From: Eledone cirrhosa
Taxonomy: Eukaryota
NCBI GenBank assembly: GCA_964016885.1
Contig: OZ024755.1
Coordinates: 36,952,001 to 37,016,000, forward strand
Reading direction: 5' to 3'
DNA length: 64,000 bases
Shown here: positions 12,901-25,269 of the stretch, piece by piece
Numbering within the stretch: the stretch's first letter is position 1
How the letters are laid out: the number at the start of each line of letters is the position of its first letter
Translations under genes and position numbers: made by a program
Notes under the pieces: model-generated
Seen by the model: the letters and a program-made list of their open reading frames with translations, nothing else
Database searches by the model: none
What the model was told of the DNA's origin: nothing

Positions 12901-13097
12901 TTCTTCAAACTTATATTTTAAACTTAGCTCCGTTTAAATGATTATGTATCTGTTGATTTCTGAATATTTTTGGCTGTCTTTCGACATAAATAGAAATAGT
13001 AACGTTAAATTATTACGACTAGAAATGAATACACAACGAACATGCTGCTGCTGCTGCTGTTGCTGCTGCTCTTGTTGCTGCTGCTGTTGTTGTTGTT

Positions 13098-13918
13098 GTT
13101 CTTCTTCTTCTTCGCCCACTTATTCCTGAGAGGGTCGTGGGGGCAAAGTCCTCAAACACTCCCACCAGCGGGTCCCGTCAGAAGCAACCGTCTCAAGTGA
13201 TCACCAGGCATGACCCCCAGCGGATCCTGTCAGAAGCAACCGTCTCAAGTGATCACCAGGCATGACCCCTAGCGGGTCCTGTCAGAAGCAACCGTCTCAA
13301 GTGATCACCAGGCATGACTCCCAGCGGGTCCCGTCAGAAGCAACCGTCTCAAGTGATCACCAGGCATGACTCCCAGCGGGTCCTGTCAGAAGCAACCGTC
13401 TCAAGTGATCACCAGGCATGACCCCCAGCGGGTCCCGTCAGAAGCAACCGTCTCAAGTGATCACCAGGCATGACTCCCAGCGGGTCCTGTCAGAAGCAAC
13501 CGTCTCAAGTGATCACCAGGCATGACCCCCAGCGGGTCCTGTCAGAAGCAACCGTCTCAAGTGATCACCAGGCATGACCCCCAGCGGGTCCCGTCAGAAG
13601 CAACCGTCTCAAGTGATCACCAGGCATGACTCCCAGCGGGCCCTGTCAGAAGCAACCGTCTCAAGTGATCACCAGGCATGACTCCCAGCGGGCCCTGTCA
13701 GAAGCAACCGTCTCAAGTGATCACCAGGCATGACTCCCAGTGGGTCCTGTCAGAAGCAACCATTTCCAACTGATGCGGCTGGATGCCCAAGCGAGGCCAG
13801 CCACGCTTGGAGATGTTACCCAACCACTTCTGTCAGAAAAATCCTGTTGCGTGACGGAAACTGACGAAAAGAAGTCCGTTACCTCCCAATGTGGAGAATA
13901 AAAAGACTGAAAGTAAGA

Positions 13919-13920
<2 letters not shown>
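13098..13920 (-). mobile_element. RTE-derived non-autonomous element with internal 52-bp VNTR (11 units)
   Basis: (TTC)n tail, RTE 3' end, units CAGCGGGTCCTGTCAGAAGCAACCGTCTCAAGTGATCACCAGGCATGACTCC at 13166-13737; same flanks as 34953-35580. Confidence 0.85.
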
Positions 13921-13989
<69 letters not shown>

Positions 13990-14375
13990 CAAGAGGGGAA
14001 CATAGAGAGGGAGAGAGAGGAGATAGAGAGGGGGAGAGGACATAAAGAGGGGGAGAGAGGGGAGAGAGGAGAGGAGAAGGGGAAGAGAGGGGGAATGAGA
14101 GAAGGGGAGGAGAGTGATAGGGGAGGGGGAAGAGAGGCTGAGGAAGAGGAGAGGGAGGTGAGAGAGTGGAGAGGGAGAGGAGGGACCGGAGAGACAGGTG
14201 AGAGAGAGGAGAGAGAAAGGAGAGGGAGAGGGGAGGGAATAGAGGAGAGAGGAGGGTGAGAGGAGGGAGCGGAGGGAGAGGAGGGGGCGGAGTGAGAGGA
14301 GAGAGGAGAGGGGGGGAGATGAAGATGAGAGGGGGAGGAAGAGGAGAGAGAGGAGAGGGAGAGGAGAGAGAGAAG
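13920..14375. repeat. (GA)n and GA-rich low-complexity tract
   Basis: Almost purine-only strand. Confidence 0.9.
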
Positions 14376-14475
14376 GAACAGGGAAATAAGAAATAGATGA
14401 GTAAGGAGAGTCACGTGAAGGAACACGTGATAATTTATCACAATATGGCTGCTGTTACAGTTGTATATATAAATA

Positions 14476-14828
14476 TAATTGTTTCTTCTTTTGGCACAAG
14501 GCCAGCAATAACCCAGTGTATTACTGGTACTTTATTTTATCGACCCCGTAAGGATGAAAGGCAAAGCCAACCTCGGCGGTATTTGATCTCAGAACGTAAA
14601 GGGCCATAACTCTATGCTGCAAAGTGTCTGACGCTCTACCGATACTGCCTAGATATCATTGTTTCTACTTTTGGCACAAGGCCAGCAGTTACACCAGTGC
14701 ATTACTGGTACTTTATTTTATCGACCCCGTAAGGAAGAAAAGCAAAGTTAAGCTCAGCGGGATTTGAACTCAGAACGTAAAAGGAAGTAACTCTATATTG
14801 GAAAGCATGGCGTCCGACCCTCTGCCGA
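14476..14828 (-). mobile_element. Two tandem tRNA-SINEs
   Basis: Two successive consensus matches (14476-14650, 14655-14828). Confidence 0.85.
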
Positions 14829-15034
14829 CACTGCCATTCCACCGGCCTACAATCCACTGCCTAAATATAACATCAGCAGACAATACATACCGTTACATTT
14901 CAATACAACCTATTATATATCCTTATGATATTGATACAGAATATATTACTGTATATCTTACTCCATATTCTTCAGCTATTTTGGCAGTGAAAGAGGCTGT
15001 ATGAAGTATGTCTGTCTCTGCCGATGGATTAAAC

Positions 15035-15327
15035 CAGGCATGAGCAATCCTTTTTAGAGAAGCGGGCCGCATGAGATATGTCTCATCATCAGGCGGGCCG
15101 CAAGCGCTAATTTACATTCGTGCCCACATTAAAAACAAAGGGCGTTAACTCAGGTTGTTTTGATTTGTTTCTTTAGAATTTGTACACGTTGTTTTCCTCG
15201 ATTGTTAAAATGATAGAAAGATAAATTACGACTGGAAAGTTGGGGTAAAAAAATCAGAAAGATTTTACTTAGGTGACTTAGGCGAACCATTGAGAAAGCT
15301 TCGCGGGCCGCAGGTTGCCCATGACTA
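15035..15327 (-). mobile_element. hAT MITE, same family as 8523-8805, opposite orientation
   Basis: TIRs CAGGCATGAGCAA / TTGCCCATGACTA; perfect 8-bp TSD GATTAAAC. Confidence 0.9.
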
Positions 15328-15369
15328 GATTAAACCATAAGACAGTTGAACAACTTATATACACCTCCA

Positions 15370-15693
15370 TACACCAGGTCCGAACACAAAGGAACCAAAC
15401 TCCCACTGTCACTGTCTTCGTCTTTCTCGCTCTGCCTATCTCTCAGTATTGTGAACAAATTGGGACCCACGCGCTAGCCGCCCCGCGGCATCGGCGGACA
15501 GATTAGAAAAAGGTGTTTCCTCGGAGGATGGTAAGGGAGACGCGCTAGAAGAGCCATTGCAGTTCGCGAGGCTCACACTAGCGAGTAGCCAACACTGTGC
15601 CGATGGTGGTGAACAGGTAAGTTTCCCTGGGACAAGGGCTCCAGAAGTCTCCACTGTCACGGACTCGACCACAAAACTGTCGGAGAACGACCG
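15370..15693 (-). mobile_element. CRE-like LINE 3' end
   Basis: VESVTVETSGALVP... homologous to 5584-5908 and 22645-22958. Confidence 0.7.
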
Positions 15694-15742
15694 ATTTAAT
15701 AGAGAATACGTTGTGGGTTAAACTAGAGTGGAAGTATTGTAA

Positions 15743-16228
15743 TATAGTTGTTTCTAGTTTTGGCACAAGGACAGCAATTAGCCAGTGCATTACTGGTACT
15801 TTATTTTATCGACCCCGTAAGGATGAAAGGCAAAGCCAACCTCGGCGGTATTTGATCTCAGAACGTAAAGGGCCATAACTCTATGCTGCAAAGTGTCTGA
15901 CGCTCTACCGATACTGCCTAGATATAATTGTTTCTACTTTTGGCACAAGGCCAGCAATTACCCAGTGCATTACTGGTACTTTATTTTATCGACCCCGTAA
16001 GGATGAAAGGCAAAGTTAACCTCGGCGGGATTTGAACTCAGAATGGAAGGGGCCGTAACTCTATGCGTCAATCCACCGTAATATAGTATACGTACTTGGA
16101 AGAGACATACACGCATTAGATAAAATAATTGTTTCTACTTTTGGCACAAGGCCAGCAATTACCCAGTGCATTACTGGTACTTTATTTTATCGACCCCGAA
16201 AGGATGAAAGGCAAAGTTAACCGCGGCG
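15743..16228 (-). mobile_element. Cluster of three tRNA-SINEs
   Basis: Consensus matches at about 15743-15920, 15923-16078 and 16124-16228. Confidence 0.85.
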
Positions 16229-16371
16229 TTAGATAAAATAATGTGAGATTTCTTCACAGAATGGTTTGTTCGGCTGGTATAAAATAATAGCTTTACTACC
16301 TCCTCGCTAATAACATGAAATAGCCCAAAGCTTTATTTGGGAGACTTTGTCCGTCTATGCGAGCGCACGTG

Positions 16372-16418
<47 letters not shown>

Positions 16419-18077
16419 CTTTCTATCCAATCTATCTATCTATCTATTTATGTATCTCTCTCTTTCTTTGTATGAGTGTGTGGGATTTCGTGTTCGTGTG
16501 TGTTTTTTCGCGCGCGCGCGTGTGTTTTCGCGCGTGTGTGTGTGTGTGTGTATGTGTGTGTGTGTGTGTTCGTGTGTGTGAGATAGTGTGGGTGTGGGTG
16601 TGTGTGTGTGTGTGTGTGTGCGTGTGTATGTGTGTGTGAGAGAATTAATTTCCACATATGTGTATGTACGCATTTCTGACGTCAAAAGTTAACGTGTCCC
16701 ATATAAAGATAAAAGAATTCCAATGATTGTACAACATAGAATTAGTCATTGATTACTCTTCCAATCAGTGAAGAAATTTATTATTGATGAAGATAATGAA
16801 GTATCCAATTTGAAGATATATATAATGTGAGGAACAATTCTTGTGTTCCCCATCTTGTCAGTTAGTTAGTTGATACGTAACTCCGTCCTTCATCTCCACT
16901 TAATAATTATTAATTTTACAACTGTGTTCTTACAGTTGCTCATATTATCTTTTTTCTTGAAATGTTCAACGAGTTTCCCACCCACCACATTTTCTTCTTC
17001 TTCTTCTTCTTCTTCTTCTTCTTTGTTCATTTGTTACCCATTAGGCTCATGGTGTGTTTTTATATAATTCTAATATGTTTTTATATAATTCTAATGTTTT
17101 TATATAATTCTAATATGTTTTAATATAATTCTGATGTGTTTTATATAATTCTAATATGTTTTTATATAATTCTAATATGTTTTAATATAATTCTAATATG
17201 TTTTTATATAATTCTAATATGTTTTTATATAATTCTAATATGTTTTTATATAATTCTAATATGTTTTTATATAATTCTAATATGTTTTAATATAATTCTA
17301 ATATGTTTTTATATAATTCTAATATGTTTTAATATAATTCTAATATGTTTTTATATAATTCTAATATGTTTTAATATAATTCTGATGTGTTTTATATAAT
17401 TCTAATATGTTTTTATATAATTCTAATATGTTTTAATATAATTCTAATATGTTTTTATATAATTCTAATATGTTTTTATATAATTCTAATATGTTTTTAT
17501 ATAATTCTAATATGTTTTAATATAATTCTGATGTGTTTTAATATAATTCTAATATGTTTTAATATAATTCTGATGTGTTTTAATATAATTCTAATATGTT
17601 TTTATATAATTCTAATATGTTTTTATATAATTCTAATATGTTTTTATATAATTCTAATATGTTTTAATATAATTCTAATATGTTTTTATATAATTCTAAT
17701 ATGTTTTTATATAATTCTAATATGTTTTTATATAATTCTAATATGTTTTTATATAATTCTAATATGTTTTAATATAATTCTAATATGTTTTTATATAATT
17801 CTAATATGTTTTAATATAATTCTGATGTGTTTTTATATAATTCTAATATGTTTTTATATAATTCTAATATGTTTTAATATAATTCTAATATGTTTTTATA
17901 TAATTCTAATATGTTTTAATATAATTCTGATGTGTTTTAATATAATTCTAATATGTTTTTATATAATTCTAATATGTTTTAATATAATTCTGATGTGTTT
18001 TTATATAATTCTAATATGTTTTAATATAATTCTGTTGCGTTTTAATATAATTCTGATGTGTTTTTATATAATTCTAA

Positions 18078-18356
18078 TATAATAATAATAATAATGAAAT
18101 TATTGTGTACAGTGCTCAGGTGTACTACAACTCATCAAAGGTGCATGTATAGTACATAGAATAAGTGCACCACAACTCATCAAAAAGTGCATGTACAGTA
18201 CATAGGGCAATGCACAAACATCAGGAAAATGAACAGTGCACGAGTCATGATACACACATGTTTCCATGTGTATGGAAGGGGTACATCAGGTGTAGTTTTG
18301 GCGTATTTCGGGAAGCATGAGTGTCTTAAAGAATGCAGTGTCTCGGCAGCTAACAA
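18078..18356 (-). mobile_element. LINE 3' end (CR1/L2-like) with (ATT)n tail, inserted in the satellite
   Basis: Minus strand VSCRDTAFFKTLMLPEIRQNYT*, then a UTR and a (TAT)n tail. Confidence 0.5.
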
Positions 18357-19202
18357 TATGTTTTAATATGATTCTGTTGCGTTTTAATATAATTCTAATA
18401 TGTTTTATATAATTCTAATATGTTTTAATATAATTCTGTTGCGTTTTAATATAATTCTAATATGTTTTATATAATTCTAATATGTTTTAATATAATTCTG
18501 TTGCGTTTTAATATAATTCTGATGTGTTTTATATAATTCTAATATGTTTTAATATGATTCTGTTGCGTTTTAATATAATTCTAATATGTTTTATATAATT
18601 CTAATATGTTTTAATATAATTCTGTTGCGTTTTAATATAATTCTAATATGTTTTATATAATTCTAATATGTTTTAATATAATTCTGTTGCGTTTTAATAT
18701 AATTCTGATGTGTTTTATATAATTCTAATATGTTTTAATATGATTCTGTTGCGTTTTAATATAATTCTAATATGTTTTATATAATTCTAATATGTTTTAA
18801 TATAATTCTGTTGCGTTTTAATATAATTCTAATATGTTTTATATAATTCTAATATGTTTTAATATAATTCTGTTGCGTTTTAATATAATTCTGATGTGTT
18901 TTATATAATTCTAATATGTTTTAATATGATTCTGTTGCGTTTTAATATAATTCTAATATGTTTTATATAATTCTAATATGTTTTAATATGATTCTGTTGC
19001 GTTTTAATATTATTCTGATGTGTTTTATATAATTCTAATATGTTTTAATATGATTCTGTTGCGTTTTAAAATAATTCTGATGTGTTTTATATAATTCTAA
19101 TATGTTTTATATAATTCTAATATGTTTTAATATAATTCTGTTGCGTTTTAATATAATTCTGATGTGTTTTATATAATTCTAATATGTTTTAATATGATTC
19201 TA

Positions 19203-19440
19203 TCTATCTAGGGCGGGTAAAATTCCCGAGATTTCTTTTCAATGGCTGACAATACCTTACTGGCGCCACTCGAATAAGGTAGTTATTTAACCCATAAACG
19301 CGGCCCTAACAGGTACTACTACTCCGAGCCAGAGCAGACCTGGGAGTTACGACAATTAAGGGGTAACTCCACATTCCCCACAGCTCCTGAACTCCCGAAC
19401 CTTGCCACTGGATGTAGTTTAATGTGATACCCAGGACATG
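19203..19440. mobile_element. Interspersed-repeat (SINE-like) insertion in the satellite
   Basis: Non-satellite 240-bp segment (ccctaacaggtactact...ctccacattcccc...cccaggac) resembling, from memory, a common octopus repeat. Confidence 0.45.
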
Positions 19441-20921
19441 AGTCTATGTTTTTATATAATTCTGATATGTTTTAATATGATTCTATGTTTTAATATAATT
19501 CTGATGTTTTTATATAATTCTGTTGTGTTTTAATACAATTCTGTTGTGTTTTAATACAATTCTGTTGTGTTTTAATATAATTCTGTTGTGTTTTAATACA
19601 ATTCTGTTGTGTTTTAATACAATTCTGTTGTGTTTTAATATAATTCTGTTGTGTTTTAATATAATTCTGTTGTGTTTTAATACAATTCTGTTGTGTTTTA
19701 ATATAATTCTGTTGTGTTTTAATACAATTCTGTTGTGTTTTAATACAATTCTGTTGTGTTTTAATATAATTCTGTTGTGTTTTAATATAATTCTGTTGTG
19801 TTTTAATACAATTCTGTTGTGTTTTAATACAATTCTGTTGTGTTTTAATACAATTCTGTTGTGTTTTAATACAATTCTGTTGTGTTTTAATATAATTCTG
19901 TTGTGTTTTAATACAATTCTGTTGTGTTTTAATATAATTCTGTTGTGTTTTAATACAATTCTGTTGTGTTTTAATACAATTCTGTTGTGTTTTAATATAA
20001 TTCTGTTGTGTTTTAATATAATTCTGTTGTGTTTTAATACAATTCTGTTGTGTTTTAATATAATTCTGTTGTGTTTTAATACAATTCTGTTGTGTTTTAA
20101 TACAATTCTGTTGTGTTTTAATATAATTCTGTTGTGTTTTAATATAATTCTGTTGTGTTTTAATACAATTCTGTTGTGTTTTAATACAATTCTGTTGTGT
20201 TTTAATACAATTCTGTTGTGTTTTAATACAATTCTGTTGTGTTTTAATATAATTCTGTTGTGTTTTAATACAATTCTGTTGTGTTTTAATACAATTCTGT
20301 TGTGTTTTAATACAATTCTGTTGTGTTTTAATACAATTCTGTTGTGTTTTAATACAATTCTGTTGTGTTTTAATATAATTCTGTTGTGTTTTAATACAAT
20401 TCTGTTGTGTTTTAATATAATTCTGTTGTGTTTTAATATAATTCTGTTGTGTTTTAATACAATTCTGTTGTGTTTTAATACAATTCTGATATCTTTTAAT
20501 ATAATTCTTATCCTTTTAAATATAATTCTGTTGTGTTTTGATATAATTCTGGTGAGCAACGTAAAGAAGAGATGGAACGTAAAGCTGCAACGACAACAAG
20601 AACAATGATAACACTAACAATAACATCAACAACAATAACATCACTATCAATAATGTGACCACCAACACAAACAACAAGTACAACTCTTTCGCTGCTCCAG
20701 CAGCCAAAACAAAGGCCATATTTTGCAATTCATCTGTTTACCCGAGCAAAGCTGGGTACGTCAGCTAGTAATAATAACAATAGTGGTCTGAAAAGATGAT
20801 AAGGAAAATAATAGAAAAAAGTAAAAAAGTAATAGAGATAGAAAGATACTGGTAGAGTTGAAAGTAAACACGGGTTACAAAGTAACTGGACAGTGTAATG
20901 GGATGAGATGAAAGGAAAGTA

Positions 20922-22552
20922 TATCCTTTCGTTTCATCTCATCTCATTTTATTACACTGTTACTATTATCCTTTCGTTTCATTTCATCTCATTTTATTAC
21001 ACTGTTACCATTATCCTTTCGTTTCATCTCATCTCATTTTATTACACTGTTACCATTATCCTTTCGTTTCATTTCATCTCATCTCACCTCATTTTATTAC
21101 ACTGTTACCATTATCCTTTCGTTTCATCTCACCTCATTTTATTACACTGTTACCATTATCCTTTCGTTTCATCTCATCTCATTTTATTACACTGTTACTA
21201 TTATCATTTCGTTTCATCTCATCTCATTTTATTACACTGTTACTATTATCCTTTCGTTTCATTTCATCTTATTTTATTACACTGTTACTATTATCCTTTC
21301 GTTTCATCTCATATGATCTCATTTTATTACACAGTTACTATTATCCTTTCGTTTCATCTCATCTCATTTTATTACACTGTTACCATTATCCTTTCGTTTC
21401 ATCTCACCTCATTTTATTACACTGTTACCATTATCCTTTCGTTTCATCTCATCTCATTTTATTACACTGTTACTATTATCCTTTCGTTTCATCTCATCTC
21501 ATTTTATTACACTGTTACCATTATCCTTTCGTTTCATCTCACCTCATTTTATTACACTGTTACCATTATCCTTTCGTTTCATCTCATCTCATTTTATTAC
21601 ACTGTTACCATTATCCTTTCGCTTCATCTCATCTCATTTTATTACACTGTTACCATTATCCTTTCGTTTCATTTCATCTCATCTCATCTCCTTTTATTAC
21701 ACTGTTACCATTATCCTTTCGTTTCATCTCATCTCATTTTATTACACTGTTACTATTATCATTTCGTTTCATCTCACCTCATTTTATTACACTGTTACCA
21801 TTATCCTTTCGTTTCATCTCATCTCATTTTATTACACTGTTACCATTATCCTTTCGCTTCATCTCATCTCATTTTATTACACTGTTACCATTATCTTTTC
21901 GTTTCATTTCATCTCATCTCATCTCATTTTATTACACTGTTACCATTATCCTTTCGTTTCATCTCATCTCATTTTATTACACTGTTACTATTATCATTTC
22001 GTTTCATCTCACCTCATTTTATTACACTGTTACCATTATCCTTTCGTTTCATCTCATCTCATTTTATTACACTGTTACCATTATCCTTTCGCTTCATCTC
22101 ATCTCATTTTATTACACTGTTACCATTATCCTTTCGTTTCATTTCATCTCATCTCATCTCATTTTATTACACTGTTACCATTATCCTTTCGTTTCATTTC
22201 ATCTCATCTCACCTCATTTTATTACACTGTTACCATTATCCTTTCGTTTCATCTCATCTCATTTTATTACACTGTTACTATTATCCTTTCGTTTCATCTC
22301 ATCTCATTTTATTACACTGTTACCATTATCCTTTCGTTTCATCTCATCTCATTTTATTACACTGTTACCATTATCCTTTCGTTTCATCTCATCTCATTTT
22401 ATTACACTGTTACCATTATCCTTTCGCTTCATCTCATCTCATTTTATTACACTATTACCATTATCCTTTCGCTTCATCTCATCTCATTTTATTACACTGT
22501 TACCATTATCCTTTCGTTTCATTTCATTTCATCTCATCTCATTTTATTACAC
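20922..22552. repeat. 45-bp minisatellite with a variable number of ATCTC/ATTTC pentamers
   Basis: Unit ATTATCCTTTCGTTTCATCTCATCTCATTTTATTACACTGTTACC, about 34 copies. Confidence 0.97.
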
Positions 22553-22644
22553 CAGTCACACTCATTTCTCATTTTAAATAAACACATAGAATACACAAAC
22601 AGACTCATTAACTGGTTAATAAACATAACCACAAGGATATGGTG

Positions 22645-22958
22645 TGGACGTGGGAGAGCCGAACTCCCACCGTCATCGCCTCCATCTCTCTCGCCCTTCC
22701 CATCTCTCTATATAGTGAGCAAATGGGGTCCCACGTGCTGGCCTCGCCACAGCCCCGGCGGACAGAATTGAGAAGGCGTTTCCCCGGAGAATGGTGAGGG
22801 AGATGCGCTGGAAGAGCCATTCCATCTCGCGAGGCTCACACCTGCGGCTGACCAACTCAGCGCCTATGGTGGTGAGTAGGGAGGTAGCCCTAGGGCCAAG
22901 GACACGAGAAGTCTCCACTGCCAAGGGCACGACCGCAAACCTGTCGGAGAGCGACCGG
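22645..22958 (-). mobile_element. CRE-like (RLE) LINE 3' end, best-preserved copy
   Basis: HRSLSDRFAVVPLAVETSRVLGPRATSLLTTIGAELVSRRCEPREMEWLFQRISLTILRGNAFSILSA. Confidence 0.8.
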
Positions 22959-23139
22959 TGTGCAGTTACTTTGTAACCCGTGTTTACTTTCAACTCTACC
23001 GGTATCTTTTTATGGTTTTACTTTTTATATTTTTTATCATCGATACTATATCTATTACTTTTTTTACTTTTTTGCATTATTCTCCTTATCGTATCATCTT
23101 TTCAGACCACTTTTTCTCATGTTATTATTATTACTACAA

Positions 23140-23310
23140 GGGTGGTGGATTGGCAGTATCGGTAGAGGGTCGGACGCCATGCTTTGCAGCATAGAGTTAC
23201 AGCCTTTTATGGTCTGAGTTCAAATCCCGCCAAGGTTAACTTTGCCTTTCATCCTTACGGGATCGATAAAATATTTGCTGGCCTTGTGCCAATAGTAGAA
23301 ACAATTATTA
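23140..23310 (+). mobile_element. tRNA-SINE
   Basis: A and B boxes and the consensus 3' end. Confidence 0.85.
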
Positions 23311-23860
23311 TTACTATGTTTTCATGCCTTTATCCTAATACTCCCCCCTTCACTACAACTTCCTTATTATTATTATTATTGCTATTATTCTTGTTATTTT
23401 TCATGTATCTATAAATACTATAGGCAAATATCTATCATATAGGCAAATATCTATCATATAGGCAAATATCTATCATATAGGCAAATATTTATCATATAGG
23501 CAAATTAGTATTTTGAAAATTTGGTCGGTGTCAATTGTAATTAAAATGGAGTAACGTAGCATTCTGTGAACAGCGGTTTTTAGACACACTGGACTAATGA
23601 AACATTTGTTAATACTTGGAATAAACCAGTGTGTTTGAATAGAAATGAAAGATTAATCTTCCATGAATCCCTGTTGTGTTTATAGTCACTGAATATCTTC
23701 ATTAGTTCCCTTTATTTGTTACGCGTTAAACGGCGTGAAACATTTAGCCTGTGGCACTCGTAACGCGCAGTCATTTATCACAATAATTTATGACTTGCTG
23801 GTCCTGAGGAAATTCTCTTCTTTAAACCCACGAAGATTTAACCAATTTTAGATGTTTTAT

Positions 23861-23902
<42 letters not shown>

Positions 23903-23951
23903 AATAAGATAACAACGGCGATTAGTTGCTACTTCATTACGTTTATTGGTT

Positions 23952-24036
23952 GGTGACGTGCGTTTCGCCACTGACCAGCTCAAGGTTCGATCTATATCGA
24001 TCTGACCTGACTCTGTTATCCGCGGCTCGTCAGACC
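23952..24036 (-). ncRNA. Type I hammerhead ribozyme with long stem II extension
   Basis: Minus strand: GGT CTGACGA GCCGC...(about 50 nt)...GTGGC GAAA CGCACG TC ACC; GUC triplet; downstream of the minus-strand PLE remnant and about 50 nt before (TA)n. Confidence 0.75.
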
Positions 24037-24424
24037 CCTTATAATGTTAATGGAAGAATGAATACATGCTGTATGATAAAGTCAGAAGTTCCAATGGTGA
24101 TCAGTAAAGTTTGTTTTGATTGGTGGATTAATTCATAGGGATGTTTTTGCCTGTAGTGTATGTAGGGGTGGGTGTGGTGACAAGTTGGTGGTGTCGGTCG
24201 CAGGTTGAAGTTGGCGGTGGTGTGGGGGTGGTGGTTGTCAGTAGACAGTTTGGCATGTAGATGTGGCTGATTTTTGTGTGTGGTGCGGGTGTGGTGATGT
24301 TGTTTGTGATAAAGATGAAAGGTTGCGGTGTTTATGGTGGTGTGATGATTGTGTTCGTGGTTTCATTTCCTAAGGAGATACATATAGACACACTAGGTCT
24401 GACAAATAAGTTGTATACATACAC

Positions 24425-24463
<39 letters not shown>

Positions 24464-24466
24464 CAC

Positions 24467-24532
<66 letters not shown>

Positions 24533-25269
24533 GGGGAGAGAGCCAGTGGAGATGGCGTTGGTACAGATATGTCTACACACAGACACACACACATGCGTGG
24601 TTTAGAGAAGGATGATATGTGTTGGTGATGTTGATGGTTGTGGAAGTATGGCGATGTGTCTGGTGGTGGTGGTGGTGTTGGTGGGTGCGACATGATATTT
24701 ACAGGATCGAATTTTACGATGGATTACAGGTTAAAAAGTGACATCGGGAACACGGGGTACTGGACTGAGGGGGGGGGGGGGGGTGGACGTATGGCGATGT
24801 GTTTGGTGGTGGTGGTGGGGATGATTTTTTCGACATCATATTTACAGGTTCGGAATTTACGATGGGTTACAAGTTAATACCTGACAGAGAAGACACACAG
24901 AACACAATAATATTGAGATGAGGGATGTATGGCGAAATGTTCTTTGGTGCTGGTTGTGGGGGTGAAGGGTGCGACATGATATTTACAAGATATCTTACCA
25001 TGGGTTACATTTTATTGAAGTCAAATGTATTGTGATGAGGGACGGTGTGGAAAAGCAAAGCTGGTTATCCCTGTTGGGTCAAAGTTAGTGTTTGGCCCTT
25101 GGTCAAATGTTTGTGCAGAGAAGATGGTCATTCTGGTGTGTCTGCAGTTTATAATAATTGTTTCCACTTTAGACACAAGGCCAGCAATTATCCCAATACA
25201 TTACTGGTACTTTATTTTATCGACCCCGTAAGGATGAAAGGGAAAGTCAACCTTGGCGGGATTATAATA

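Larger units (their letters stand above)
17053..20550. repeat. 20/21-bp satellite (TGTTTTAATATAATTCTGTTG and variants) in three blocks
   Basis: Blocks 17053-18080, 18356-19200 and 19445-20550 have different dominant variants and are separated by two insertions. Confidence 0.97.

Noticed and set aside
10960-12921. Long ORFs (435-542 aa) in all three plus frames
   Set aside because: Translations of a stop-free 23-bp minisatellite; no coding signal.
12934-13129. Poly-Q / poly-C ORFs
   Set aside because: (CTG/TTG)n microsatellite merged with an RTE (TTC)n tail.
13166-13737. CRISPR-like regular repeats (also 3668-4095 and 35036-35398)
   Set aside because: Units are contiguous with no unique spacers, there are no cas genes, and the context is eukaryotic.
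17136-22581. Long ORFs (231-557 aa) such as (CFNIILL)n, (KHNRIIL)n and the FHLISFYY repeat
   Set aside because: Products of the 21-bp and 45-bp tandem repeats.
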